Positions 25,330-39,129 of a DNA stretch of 64,000 nt are shown here, in pieces (position 1 is the first letter of the stretch; every line of letters begins with the position of its first letter). The stretch covers positions 33,170,001 through 33,234,000 of the forward strand of contig NC_043003.1 of the NCBI RefSeq assembly GCF_006345805.1, written 5' to 3'. This stretch comes from Octopus sinensis (lineage: Eukaryota). The notes beneath the pieces are model-generated. The model was not told the origin of the DNA and made no database searches. It worked only from the letters and a program-made list of their open reading frames with translations. The position numbers and the translations under genes were made by a program.

Positions 25330-25709
25330 AAGAAGTGGTTTTCCGACAACACAACGAACATTTAGACCAGCAGTAATGAGTATTATCCTCACGTCGTAGC
25401 AGACATGTTAGCCTCGCCGGTTTCACTTACTTGTGCAGCGATTTCATTTGTTGTTAGGTGCCTGTTTCAAAGACTGGTAACTCTGATGAACTTATCCTGT
25501 GATTTAGAAGTCACTTTTGGACCACCTGAACAAGCTTTGTCGTTATTGTTTCTTGTTTCATTATATCTTACAATAGCGGAGCGGACGGCAGTGAAGGAAA
25601 CTTTAACTTTTTTGACTATATCTTGAAAACTATAGCCTTCGCTATAGTTTTCAAGACATAGTCGATGCTTGGTCTATTTTCAGGTTATAAATTACTAGTG
25701 TTTGCCCAT
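25330..25709 (-). mobile_element. Tc1-like transposase N-terminal relic
   Basis: ATG at 25709. The frameshifted reading EGYSFQDIVKKVKVSFTAVRSAIVRYNETRNNNDKACSGGPKVTSKSQDKFIRVTSL*NRHLTTNEIAAQV fits the Tc1 paired-like HTH pattern (..SGRPRVTS..DKFIRVTSLRNR..). Confidence 0.75.
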
Positions 25710-26111
25710 ATTTGACTTGATTTTTAGAAATTTCACTTATTTCACTTATTTTTAATAATTAAGCCTAAAAAAAACAATGACACATTAAGTAATGTTATCT
25801 CATGATGTTATCTCAACCGACAGCACATAAGGAGTATAAATATTCAAAATTGACTCTAAAATGCTTTTGACAACATTCCCAAATAGGATTGCCCTCAAGA
25901 ATAATGATTATTTGATATAAAACATCTATAAATAGCTCTATTCCATATACAATAAAACCTCAAACTTTATGCAGTAGGTTATTCCATATTTTTATATCGA
26001 AATCTTATCTGAATTGATGACATTGAACTGAAAATTCCACTTTGAATACATATACATACATACACACACACACACACACCACCACACACCACACACACAC
26101 ACACACATATG

Positions 26112-26152
<41 letters not shown>

Positions 26153-26528
26153 TACATATACATATACTAACATATACACACACACTCACACACTCAAACG
26201 CGTGCGCACATAAACACAGGCAGAAGCACAGACACACGCAGGCACACAAGCAAACACACACATAAATGTAACATTTCAGCACGTAAGACACATGTTAGAC
26301 ACTCAAATACCACAAAAACAGAACTTTAAACATTTATTATATGTGTTCATGTTTCTGTCGCAATAACTAAGATTCTGTTGTACGTATAAACAAACACACA
26401 CACATATATTATTTGTATGTATGTATATATGTGTGTGTGTGTGTGGGTATGTATGTATTTACAGATATATATATATATATATATATATATATCTATATAT
26501 ATATAATATATATATATAATATATAATA

Positions 26529-26569
<41 letters not shown>

Positions 26570-27921
26570 ATAGATAGATAGATAGATAAAGAAACATTGG
26601 GGAGAGAGGGAAGATACGTAAATAGCTACATAGATAAATAGATAGATAGATAGATAGCCAGATACATTGATGGGAAAATAGATAGAGGGATAGGGAGATG
26701 GATAAATTGAGAGGCTGGTAGTTAAAAGTATGGATGGCAGTGTCTGGAGATACGAATGTTTATAGGATTTTGACAATCACGCTCTTAGCGTCTGTGTCTC
26801 TCACTTTCTCTTCTCTGAATATCTGTTTATCTATATAACTGCGTGACAATCTATATATCCGTTTATTGAGTGTACAACCCTATATATCTGTTACCTCTCC
26901 ATCACTACCTAATGATTCATTTTTATATTCTATAACTGCTATAAAATATTGTAAATATGACAAAGCCTCTTACACGTGATCTTATGAAAACCTTCCAAAG
27001 ATGATAGTGGAATTACAGCTTAATCTCTCGCTCTGTAACACACCAATTAAACTCAGATAACACATTTAGAAGGTGCCATATCTATTACCGTTTATTACAT
27101 AAACTGAATAACGTTGAATTGCTTTTGCTGCTATTAGCCCCATTAATACGCCTGCAGCGGATCGAGATTTGCACTTCATGAGATGACACTCCAATACCTT
27201 GTACACTTACATGGTTACTTTGCCTGCATCATCACCGGCATCATTTGTCTATGCATGCATGCACGTATACATGTATGCATGTATGCATGTATGTATATAT
27301 GTAAGTATGAAAATATGTACGTACGTACATATGTATGTATGTGCATATGCATATAATGTACGAATGTATATTTAGTTCGCTGTATGCACATATATTTCTT
27401 CGCATACTTGATTCTAAAATACATAGATACATACATACATGTATATATAAATATGTATGTATATATATATATATTATATATATATATATATGTATGCAGG
27501 TGCGTCTATGCGTGTATGTATGCATATATGTACATATATATATATATATATATATATAATATACCAGTATAGTTTCTACGTATATCTATATAAATATATG
27601 CCTATACTTGTGTATAACTATCCATCGTCTTATTGCTCCTCAGACTTTCTGTATATCTGTTTGTGTGTCTATCTATCATATCTATCTATCTATACACATA
27701 TACATGCATATATACATACAAAGAAACACATATGAAACAATTTAAAGTTACAGATATTCGTGTAGATATATATTATATATATATACATATACACATACAT
27801 ATATATGTGTGTGGTGTCTGTATGTATACCCACACATACGAGCACACGCACACACACATACACACACACACTACATATACATCTATATATATACTATATA
27901 TATATATATATATATATATAG

Positions 27922-27952
<31 letters not shown>

Positions 27953-27957
27953 TAGAG

Positions 27958-28024
<67 letters not shown>

Positions 28025-28539
28025 TGAATAGATAGATAGATAGATATTCACAATACTCTTTCCTGAGTCAACTTCGAAAAACATTTCGCATGTTCTGTGG
28101 CGCAATTAGTTGCCGAACGAAAAGTATCTCCTTGAAGAACTTGTAAAATTCGATAGAAAATATCGATACAATTCTTATATGGAACTTCAGAATAAATATA
28201 TCTGAGAGCTCTTGTAATCATAGATATTTATTGCAATATGTCTTTAGGGAAGAGAATCAAATACAAAAATGCAATCTAGTAAAACATCAAGTGACGATGA
28301 AGAGGCTGGTTTAAAATCTTACGAATTAATTTTATCATTATTATTATTTTTAGTGTTATTATTCTTTAAAAGTTCTTCTTCTTATTGTTGTTGTAGATTG
28401 TTGCTTTTGAATCTTTTAAGTGGCCACAGGGGCTCGTGAGTAAGGAACATCACAACGCTGGAATACAGCTGAAAGCAGCAAAATCCGAATAAGCTTGAAG
28501 ATTTTAATTTGATAAAATGGTTAAGATCAAGAAAATGAT

Positions 28540-29670
28540 TGTTTCGAAATTTGGTGCAGTTTTTGGTAAAATGATTTATTCGATTATATCGACTCCATTA
28601 CTGTATTGGTAGTTTATTTTATCGACCTGAAAGGATGTAAAGAAAGAATGACCTCAGCAGGATCTGAACTCAAGTGTGAAAAGTTCCAAGAAACGTCACT
28701 AAGGATTTTCCCTGTGCGTTAACGATTCTTACCGATTCTTACCACAGTACTTGACTTATTTTATCGACTCCGAAAAGGATGAAAGGCTAAATCGACTTCG
28801 GTGCAATTTAAACTTAGACCTCAAACACGGACGAAATAACACAAAACATTCTGTCCGGCCTACTAACGTTTCTGCCTGCTCACCGTCTCAGTTCAAGTAA
28901 ATAATAAAGGTACATTCATAATTTAAGTTGTACAATAAAATCTGAAAGGAAAGGATCCACAAATTGGAGGAGGACGGCTAAAGAAGCTGATTGGAGAAAA
29001 CCCACAACTCCACCTATTTTAATCTGACATAGGAAAGTTTATTTTTCAACATTTTCCCACCAATATTTAGCGTAGGTCTAATTTCCAGTTCAAATTCTCT
29101 CTAGCACGTCGCGTGACGTTTAATTGAGGAAAGCGCTTCGCTTCGCCCGCCTGGTAGATCCCTACTATATCTGATACTGATGCTAAATTTACCACTTGCC
29201 GTGCTACTTTCAGTGCTCACACAAATAGTAAGGTGATGAGGTGGCAGAATCTTTGGCATGCCGAACAAAATACTTAGCAGCATTTCGTCCGTCTTTACGT
29301 TCCGAGTACAAATTCCACATAGGTCGACTTTGCCTTTCGTCCTTTCGATGTCGATAAACTAAGTACCAGTGGAACACAGGTGTCAAAGTCATCGACTTAT
29401 CTCATGCCTCCAAACTGGTGAATTTGTTCCGAAATTTGAAACCAGTCTTATTCAACCGGTCTAAGGCAGCGAGCTAACAGAATCGTTAGCACGCCGGGCA
29501 AAATGCTTTGCGGCATTTGGTCCGTCTTTACGTTCTGAGTTCAAATTCCGACCAGGTTGACTTTGTCTTTCATCATTTCAGGTTCGATAAAATAAGTACC
29601 AGTTAAGTACTGGGGTCGATATAATCGACTAATCCTCACCTGCGTACTTGCTGGCCGTGTGCCACATTTT
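28540..29670. mobile_element. Cluster of family B SINEs (two diverged minus copies 28540-28870, two plus copies 29240-29670)
   Basis: Recurrent motifs: tcgac...aaggatgaaagg, gttctgagttcaaattcc, aagtaccagtt and ggcagcgagctaacagaatcgttagcacgccggg. Confidence 0.75.
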
Positions 29671-29994
29671 GGAATGAATATTCACATAAATAACACAACC
29701 ATCGCCATTATAATTACTATCGCCAAACGACTCGGTCTGCAACCAGTGCTTCTATTCCTAACATCATCACTGTAGTAATACTACCATTACCACTGTGACA
29801 AGAACAACACGGGTTGTCAAATATATTGAGCTTATCGAATATTTGCATCGCTAAATCTGAACTCAATTGCTCTTAGAAAGTAATATTTCATTCTCATATG
29901 GAAATCACATTATCTCCCTTCCTTTGCTTTCGTTATCTTGCTGATCATCTCTGATACATCCATCTGTCCACCCGACCATCGAAAAGTGCGAACA

Positions 29995-30015
29995 TGCAAG
30001 CATGCACAACACACA

Positions 30016-30046
<31 letters not shown>

Positions 30047-30545
30047 TACACACACAAACACACACAGACACAGACACACACTCACACACACACACGCACG
30101 CATACACATACACACACATATGTAGATCTATTACTCTGCCACCTTCTAATTTTCTACCTAATCCCATCCTTTTCCTCACACTACTACTACTACTACTACA
30201 ACTACTACCACCACCACCACCACCACTACTACTACAGCTGCTGCTACTACTACAACTACTACTACTATTACCACCACCACCACCACCACTACTACTACTG
30301 CTGCTGCTGCTGCTACAACTACTACTACTACTACTACTACTGCTACTACTACTACTACTACTACTACTATCACCACCACCACTGCTGCTACAACAATCCT
30401 CTTTCTTTTACTACTACTAAACTCCTCCTCCTTCCCTTTACTACAACTACTACTACGACTACTACTACTACTACTTTTACTACCACTACTGCTGCTGCTG
30501 TTTCTGCTGCTGCTACTGCTGCTGCTACTGCTGCTGTCGCCACTG
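29995..30545. repeat. (CA)n followed by compound ACT/ACC/CTG microsatellite
   Basis: Directly visible. Confidence 0.95.
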
Positions 30546-30900
30546 GATATGCCTAAAATGGCGAGGCAGTCACAAGAGGAACTATAATCACAATTATACT
30601 TGATCAGAGAGGACGGAGAGCTAAACAACAACTTCAGTAAAAACATAAGTGAAATGATAATACTTTGCGAGATTAACTGCCTGAAGTAATAGCTAAATCT
30701 TCACTCAAACCAAACTCTACCGCCTCAAAGAAATAAAAAGGAAAGAAACAAGCAACAAAGTAGACATTATGTAATATGATGACCTGGTCACAGCCTTAAA
30801 ATGATGAAGTGGTTATAGCAGGAATGCTTTTGGTCATTAATTCTCTATGTAGATTGAATTAGGGTTATACGACTCTACCGACAACAACAGCAACAGCAGT

Positions 30901-31262
30901 GGAGGCGCAATGGCCCAGTGGTTAGAGCAGCGGACTTGCGGTCGGAGGATCGCGGTTTCGATTCCCTGACCGGGCGTTGTGTGTGTTTATTGAGCGAAAA
31001 AACCTAAAGCTCCACGATGCTCCGGCAGCAGGTGGTGGCGACCCCTGTTGTACACTTTCGCTCCAACTTTCTCTCACTCTTTCTTCCTGTTTATTGTCCC
31101 CGACTTCCTACGCAACCGCTGAGCCAGGATGCGCATTCATCCATCTGTCGATGCTCTCAGTGTCGGGGGTTGACCTGCGCTCTCTTCTGTGGGTCTTACG
31201 AATAGCAAAGAACCACGTTTCGGAATTATCCCACTGGGACGAAGACCGCTTCGCTCAATAAA
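30901..31262 (+). mobile_element. tRNA-derived SINE, family C (tail type 2), ending in (AAAC)n
   Basis: Head ggaggcgcaatggcccagtggttagagcagcggacttgcggtcggaggatcgcggtttcgattccc. The 3' part differs from that of the copy at 2985. Confidence 0.8.
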
Positions 31263-31799
31263 CAAACAAACAAACAAACTAACAGCAACAGCAATAACAA
31301 CGACAATAATAACAACATCACCCAAATCTCGTTAATGTCTCAGCTTACGGCCTTAAGAAAACGGTAAGGCATTTTGAGATATATGTCGACCTGGGATGGA
31401 ATGAATAGTGGGAAGTTCAAAGCTCACACTAGCTAAATAATGACCGTTTATTTATTTGCACGTTCATATTCATCTATAGATGGTGATGTAATCCACTATA
31501 GATGGGTATATGCTTAATTATTCAACATAGAATCCACTTCCAATATCTACTGCAAATCATAATTCGGAAAAGGAGATGATTGTATACGATCTTTCCGACT
31601 TAGTATTTTTCGTTCGATGGGAGCACGATCACACTAAAAAAGTAGGAGAAAAGAAATTAGGAATTATTGTAAATACACATGCAGAAAACGATCTACGAAG
31701 AAATAGTGTGGGAAAATGATTGACAAATATTTAGAAGTCGTTAGAGTAACAAAAACCAAAAAAGTACGGGTATAACGGCAATTTGTATTTATAATAATC

Positions 31800-32240
31800 C
31801 ATTCTACTTTAGGCTTAAAGCCCGAAATTTTATCGGGAGAGGAGTTGTCACTTACATCGATCCTAATGTTTCAGTGGCACAGTTAAGTATTAGTATTAGT
31901 ATGAAAGACATGTAGTATGAAAGTTGACGACGACGTAATATGAACTTAAAAAGTAAAGATGGACGAAACGCCGATAAGCAGTTTGTCTAGCATGCTAACG
32001 GTTCTGCTGTCACAACGTCTTAATAGTCCATTACATTAGAGGCACAATGACTGGAATTTTGGATGAGTAGATAGTCAATTACATCTACCACAGTGCTCAA
32101 CTGGTACTTATTTTACCAACACCGAAGTAATAAAACACGTCGACCGCGGTGGCATTTGAACACAGAACCTAAAACTAGAATGACTGCTGTTAAATATTTT
32201 GTCCGGTATGGTAACAATTCCGCTTGCTCAGTGCCTTGGG
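31800..32240 (-). mobile_element. Two diverged family B SINEs
   Basis: cacttacatcgatcc...catgctaacggttctgc and agtgctcaactggtacttatttt...aacaattccgcttgctcagtgcc. Confidence 0.55.
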
Positions 32241-32754
32241 ACGCCTTAATAGTAACTACAATAACGAAGCGACAATATCGATTCATTTTGCCCTAGTAGA
32301 GGAATGTAATTTTGGCATAAAAAAAGAGGAGATATCAGCTGAATTAAGAGATTTGAAAAGAAAATGAGAAGACTGTCAAAATTTTAACATATATACTTTG
32401 ACTGTTTTTCAAAGGACAATCCTAGAATTTTTCTGGAATTTTCAGTGGAAATTTGTGCTTGCCAATATACTTTGGTTCTAGAAATCATAGTATGAATACA
32501 TGCATATGAACCAAACGATCATATTTAGTTTGGTATCATACGTTTTTCTCCCTCTTACTTCTTAACTTGCTTTCTTCTATTCCGTACATAGCGCTCTACC
32601 AAACGCCAACTTCTCTTCTGTCACTTCTTTTGGTATAGTGAACCTCATCCACACTTCTTTGATTTGCAGGTTTTTCCGCTTTATATATTTACGTTTTTAG
32701 GCACTTCATTTTGCTTTGTCTGACACTACATATTATTTGTTTAAAGACCTCATA

Positions 32755-32985
32755 TATTTCTTTTACTATCCACAAGGGGCTAAACATAGAGAAGACAAAC
32801 AATGTCAGACAAACGGATTAAGTCGATTATATCGACCCCAGTGCATAACTGGTACTTAATTTATCGACCCCGAAAGGATGAAAGGCAAAGGCGACCTCGG
32901 CGAAATTTGAACCCAGAACGTAACGGTAGACGAAATACGGCTACGCATTTCGCCCGGGGTGCTAACGTTTCTGCCAGCTCGCCAT
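32755..32985 (-). mobile_element. Family B SINE, well preserved
   Basis: tatttctttactatccacaaggggctaaac...gtcgattatatcgaccccagt...gctaacgtttctgccagctcgcc. Confidence 0.88.
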
Positions 32986-33093
32986 CTTTTGTTTAAAGAC
33001 CTCATAATTATACTCGTGTACTATATAAGATTTTATCATGTGATTTCAATCTAAACACAGAAGCATAGACATGCGCGCGCGGCGTGTGTGTTT

Positions 33094-33144
<51 letters not shown>

Positions 33145-33448
33145 GCGCCGTGTCTGTTTGTGTACGTCTCATTCTGTGCATTGATGTATGTATATATACC
33201 AGTAACTATGTATAAGATGCAATCGACCTACAACATTAAGAAGGCAGCAAGGAAATATTCCAGTAAAAAGTACGAGAAAAATGATGTAAAGAATGCGGCC
33301 AACAGTCTTTATAAAGAATTTGTATAACGAATAACTACTAAAATGCATATAACTATTTTTAATTACACATTTTTAATTACACTATGATTTTATATAGAAA
33401 TATATAGAGAAACACATACACACACAGACGCGCATATATATATATATC

Positions 33449-33482
<34 letters not shown>

Positions 33483-33642
33483 TGGATAGATAGATAGATA
33501 GAAAGGTATAGATATAGAGAGATAGATGCACCTAAAATATGCATATATAATATATATATAATATAGCACACACACAAATATGCCCATACACACCCCCACA
33601 CACACACACACACGATATATAATATATATATATACAAACATA

Positions 33643-33982
33643 CATACTGAATACAATACACCTGCACAATATAATCAAGAGTATGTCTAGTGACGTGGGC
33701 ACACATAACAGTTCAATTGAGCGTATTTATAAGATACCCATATTCGTATAAGTACGCACAATTCATACATATGAATTTCCACTTTAATGCATCCATGTAT
33801 ACACATTCATATATACACACCATAGACACACACTCACACACACACATACACACTCACACGTATAATATATATTTTATATACCTTTGAATATATGTGTGCG
33901 TGTATGATACTTCATATTTGATTGATTCAAAAGTGTTGCGTTGAAGTCATATATACAATACAAACATACATCACACACACAC

Positions 33983-34045
<63 letters not shown>

Positions 34046-34400
34046 CAAACAACATACTGAATACAAATACACCTGCACAGATATATATCAAGAGTTATGT
34101 CTAGTGACGTGGGCACACATAACAGTTCAAATGAGCGTATTTATAAGATACCCATATTCGTATAAGTACGCACAATTCATACATATGAATTTCCACATTT
34201 ATGTGCATCCATGTATACACATATACATATATACACACACATAGACACACACTCACACACACACAGACACACTCACACATGTATATATATATATTTTATA
34301 TACCTTTGAATATATGTGTGCGTGTATGATACTTCATATTTGATTGATTCAAAAGTGTTGCGTTGAAGTCATATATACATATACAAACATACATACACAC
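33643..34400 (+). repeat. Near-identical ~410-bp tandem duplication
   Basis: catactgaatacaa..cacctgcaca...ctagtgacgtgggcac...gattcaaaagtgttgcgttgaagtc occurs at ~33643 and ~34052. Confidence 0.85.
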
Positions 34401-34403
34401 ACA

Positions 34404-34441
<38 letters not shown>

Positions 34442-36374
34442 TAATATATATATATATACATATATATATAATATATATACATATACAAACAAACACATAT
34501 ATATATACGTACACTTGTGTGTGTGTGTGTACATGTAGTTAAGCGCACATAAACCAGACGTGCCCAACACATACACACACGCCCCAGTCACTATCTACAA
34601 TTATATGTTTATACGTATATTTGTGCACATGCAAGAGTGTATGTGAATGAATATATCCATGAGAATATATCACTAATTATTTACATTAGCTCCATGTAAT
34701 TTAATTATTCAAATGCAGTAGGCTGCACTCAGCTTCCAACCTGTCACTAGCTAAACATTAATGAAGCGTTAAGGCTCTGAGAATTTCGTATTCTCTTTGG
34801 CACATTCATTTCAACATCTATGTGTATTTATGCACGATATTGAGAATCAACTGATATATCAGTATATTATATATGTATGCATCTATGCGATGTACTTAGT
34901 CATGTATGTACATTCTCTGTATTTTTCTTCTATTTATTTTTCCCTGTCTCTCTTTATCTCCCTTATTACATATATCCATGCTCACAAAATCACACACAAA
35001 TGCATACATATATAAATGTACATTCAGAAAAATATGTATGACTATAGTGTATATAATGTTTATATATATATATGTAACTAACATTATTTATTATGTATAT
35101 ATAGTTAATATATATTATTATAGAATATATATATATTATATATATATTATAAATATATATATATATATAATATATATTGTGTATATGTATATATATACGT
35201 ATTGAAGTTGATAATCGATGATGGACCCTCTGTTTTCACCTGTATCCCTGTACTTTGTTACAGATGTCTCTATACAAGCATAAAACCCATTTATATATAT
35301 ACATTAATTGGCACATATTGAAAAAAGATATTTAATTGGGGATGTTTGCGTTTGTCACGAGGCCAAAAATTCCTTGGGAAGGAATGGTGCTTAACTTTTA
35401 CTTATTTTATCGACCATTAAATATTTAAAATGCAAAGTCTTGGCGTGATTTGAACCTATTCAAAGGAACGTATACAAATGATGCAAAGCATTTTATGAGT
35501 CGCTTCAAGAATTCTACGAATCTAATATCCTCGAAATATATAATTATCGTTTGAAATTATGCAAAGATGATACGAATCACACAAACATTTTGCTATGACA
35601 GGGTTACATACTAACGGAAAGAAAACACGTGCAGGGTCGTACAAAACTGCGCGCACACGCACACAGACGTACACAGACGTACACACGCACACACATACAA
35701 ACAAGCAAAAACATACACGCGTATGTTCAAGCTCTCATTTAAGAGGGAGAAGGCGCTTATTTTTCCTAATCCATGAGAACAATATAAAATATGGAGCAAA
35801 GTGATCTGATTTTGATTGGACTGTGCCACAAGATATTCTATATAATGTGGACTTGCAGAGATAAGCGTCTGAAGATGATGTTCTTAAAGCACTGCGTGAG
35901 ACTCGACGGCAACGCTTTCGATGCCATGGTAGGGCAGCCAGATTTCTCATGTACATCATCAGAGATTAGAGTAATGCAAGCGAGTAAGCGGTATTTGTTT
36001 CCTCTGGGTAGGATGCAGAAAGCAGATGATGCACATCTAGTGATGACATTAAATAAGCACTACATGGTTAGCGACACTGCAGTTGCTATAATATAAAATG
36101 GCGACTGTATGAATAAAAAGACAAAAAAAAAAAAACCCAAAGAAACTACGACAACACGATATATGTATAACAGCGATGCATATTAGTATGTAAGCCATAA
36201 TAATTAGGACATTTCATAGAAGCACCAATGATGCTTGGCAACGCTCAAGGGTACTGAATTAGATGTGTATTCTATTCGACAGCTGATGGAGGGAACGCCT
36301 GCATTGAAAAATAATTGAAGTATACATATTGACATAAACACGTACACACAGTGGCATGAACAGACACACAGTTA

Positions 36375-36421
<47 letters not shown>

Positions 36422-36616
36422 AAACACAGACACACACACATACATACATAATACATACATACATACATATATATATATATATATTATATATATATATATA
36501 TACATATGCTCATATGCTTACACTCATATACAGAAACATGTATGCGTATGCGTTTATATACATATATTTGTATATATATATATATGTGTGTGTATGTATA
36601 TATGATATAATATGTG

Positions 36617-36647
<31 letters not shown>

Positions 36648-36984
36648 TACATATGTATATACATATGTATATATATACACATATGTCTATATATACATTG
36701 GAATTTGATTATTTAGTGTGTCTACTCATCGTATATGACTGCGCTGGTACACCGATTAACACATGAACAAAAATCTGAGAAACAAAGGAGTGCTTCATCC
36801 TTTTGGAATGAATTATAGATTCTATGTAGACAAAGTACTATATTTCTTCGCATGTACATCAGTATATATAAACATTTACACGAAAATACGTACACCCACA
36901 AGCATATTACAACAACAACAGCAATACTAATTATAAATATATCACAAAAGAGCAACAACAACAGCTATGATATTAATAGTCCTT

Positions 36985-37192
36985 TCTAAAATAAGCACAA
37001 GGTCTGAATTTTGTGGGAGGAGTCTAGCCGATTCCATCGACCCCAGTGCGTAACTGGAATTTATTTCATCGTCATCAAAAGGATAAAAAGGAAAGTCCAC
37101 TTCTGCGAAATTTGAAGTCAGAACGTAAAGATGAATCGATTGCCGCCGAGCATTTCGTCCGCACGCTAACGATTTTGCCAACTCATCGCCTT
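36985..37192 (-). mobile_element. Family B SINE
   Basis: catcgaccccagtgcgtaactgg...gcatttcgtccgcacgctaacgattttgccaactcatcgcc. Confidence 0.75.
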
Positions 37193-37284
37193 AACAACAA
37201 CGACAACAACAACAACAACAACAACAACAACGACAACGACGATGACGACGACGACAACAACAACAACAACAACAATAATAATAA

Positions 37285-38508
37285 GGCGTATCAAAATAAG
37301 GGTGAAGATGGTGTTGAAATCAAACCTGAATGCCAAAACTTTGATTGCCGCAATGAATATCTGGGCAGTTGCGGTGGTCAGAAATAGTGCGTCCATCCTC
37401 AAATGGACTAAGGAGGAAATATCAACATTGGATAGAAGGACGAGAAAGTTGATGACGCTTCATGGGGCGCTACACCCTAAAGCAAACGTAAACAGACTAT
37501 ATATATGAAAAGGAAGAATGGTGGCAGAGGACTAATTAGTATAGACAATTGTATAAGGAGTGAAAGGAGAAAGCTTGCCGAGTATTTGATAAATAGTGAT
37601 GAACACTTGCTGCAAAATACCGCGAAAGATATAGGTGTAAATGCAGATGAAGTGATGGGCAAGGAAGTGTTTACCCAAAGAGCTGAGGAGAAGGGAAAAG
37701 ACATTCTTGAAAAGGGAATGCATGGATAGTTTGAAAGGAATACACAAGACGTTAAGTATAATACAGCATCGTGGGAATGGATGGAGCGAGGTGATTTGAA
37801 GCGTACCACCGAAAGCCTGATCATTGCTGCATATGATCAGGCTCTCGTTACCATGTCAGTGAAGTATTACATGTATAAAACTTCTGACACCCAGAAATGC
37901 AGACTCTATGGAAAGAGTGTGGAAAATGTGACCCACTTGGTATGTAGATGTGAGAGCCTTACACAAAACAATACAAGCGCTGCCACGGTAAAGTGTGTGT
38001 GTATCTTCATTGGCATGAAGTAACAGAGAACTGGTATGAGCATGTACCAAGTAAAGTTATGCAGGAGGATGGAAAAGTAACGATACTCTAGGACTATGAT
38101 TTTCAGATGGATCGTGTAATCGAATATCGTCGGCCAGATATTGTCATATTGAATAAGAGAGACGAATGATGTAGCCATACCAAATGAAATTGAATGTTGT
38201 GAGTAAAGAGGTTGAAAAAATCACCAAGTACTCCGAATTGAAAGTGGAAATGGCAAGACAGTATGGAATGCGAGAGGGTAATGTAAAAATGATGCCAGTG
38301 GTGATCAGAGCGTTGGGCTCATTCCAATTGAAACTTCAAGACTTCTTAAGGCAATTGGAAACCCCATGTAAGACAGATGTCTTGCAAAAAGCAACCTTAT
38401 TGAGCGCATCGCACATCTTAAGGAAAGTTTTTTCTGAGTCTCTTCTTGTGACTTGACAGATGACTAAAGACCTCGGTGCATCTTTACCTACACTGTGTCA
38501 CGAAGGAC
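37285..38508 (+). mobile_element. 5'-truncated Dong/R4-clade (restriction-like endonuclease) non-LTR retrotransposon
   Basis: Frameshifted fragments: WAVAVVRNSASILKWT..LDRRTRKLMTLHGALHPKANVNRLY, GGRGL, TESLIIAAYDQAL, CRLYGKSVENVTHLVCRC (CCHC relic), RPDIVI (PD) and EKITKYSEL..PVVIRALG. Both flanks are AAC/TAA microsatellite. Confidence 0.88.
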
Positions 38509-39003
38509 TAATTATAATTATTATTATAATAGTTATAATAATAATGTATACCTAGCAGTGGCTCTCTTGGCTTCATATCTTAACTGATTTGGAGTGTTAT
38601 ATTGTACATTGTTTTGTCTTGGTATAAAAGATGGGCTACAGCAAATATTCTGCTCACTCATAAATAATAAGGGAAATGATCTAACAGCCTTGAATAACTT
38701 CATCTTTTCCACTGCTAAAGTTGTAATTGTCCATCTAGGTATCAAGACAACACGGAAAAGAACCGACTGTGTCAATAGTGAAAAGTAGCAATATAAAAAG
38801 AGGTCGAATCTCGGCGGGCGCATGTTTGAGTTTTCGATGAACTTGCTAGAGGAGTAAATGCTGAGACGATGCAAGCTAGAAAAATCAAGCAAAAATATAA
38901 AATCTTTGATTTTATAAACCTTACTGCAACCAAGAAAGTATGACAAAAGAATCAAAATAATAATAAGACGAAGAATCAAAAAAACAACAACAACAACAAC
39001 AAC

Positions 39004-39044
<41 letters not shown>

Positions 39045-39046
39045 TG

Positions 39047-39105
<59 letters not shown>

Positions 39106-39129
39106 TAATAATAATAATAATTTATTATT

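Noticed and set aside
28245-28450. Possible exon after tgtctttag (GRESNTKMQSSKTSSDDEEAG)
   Set aside because: The donor is weak, it runs into TTA-type low complexity, and there is no supporting neighbouring exon.
35791-36096. 101-codon ORF in a CpG-containing island
   Set aside because: No recognisable motif, and several frames are similarly open, so a coding frame cannot be chosen.
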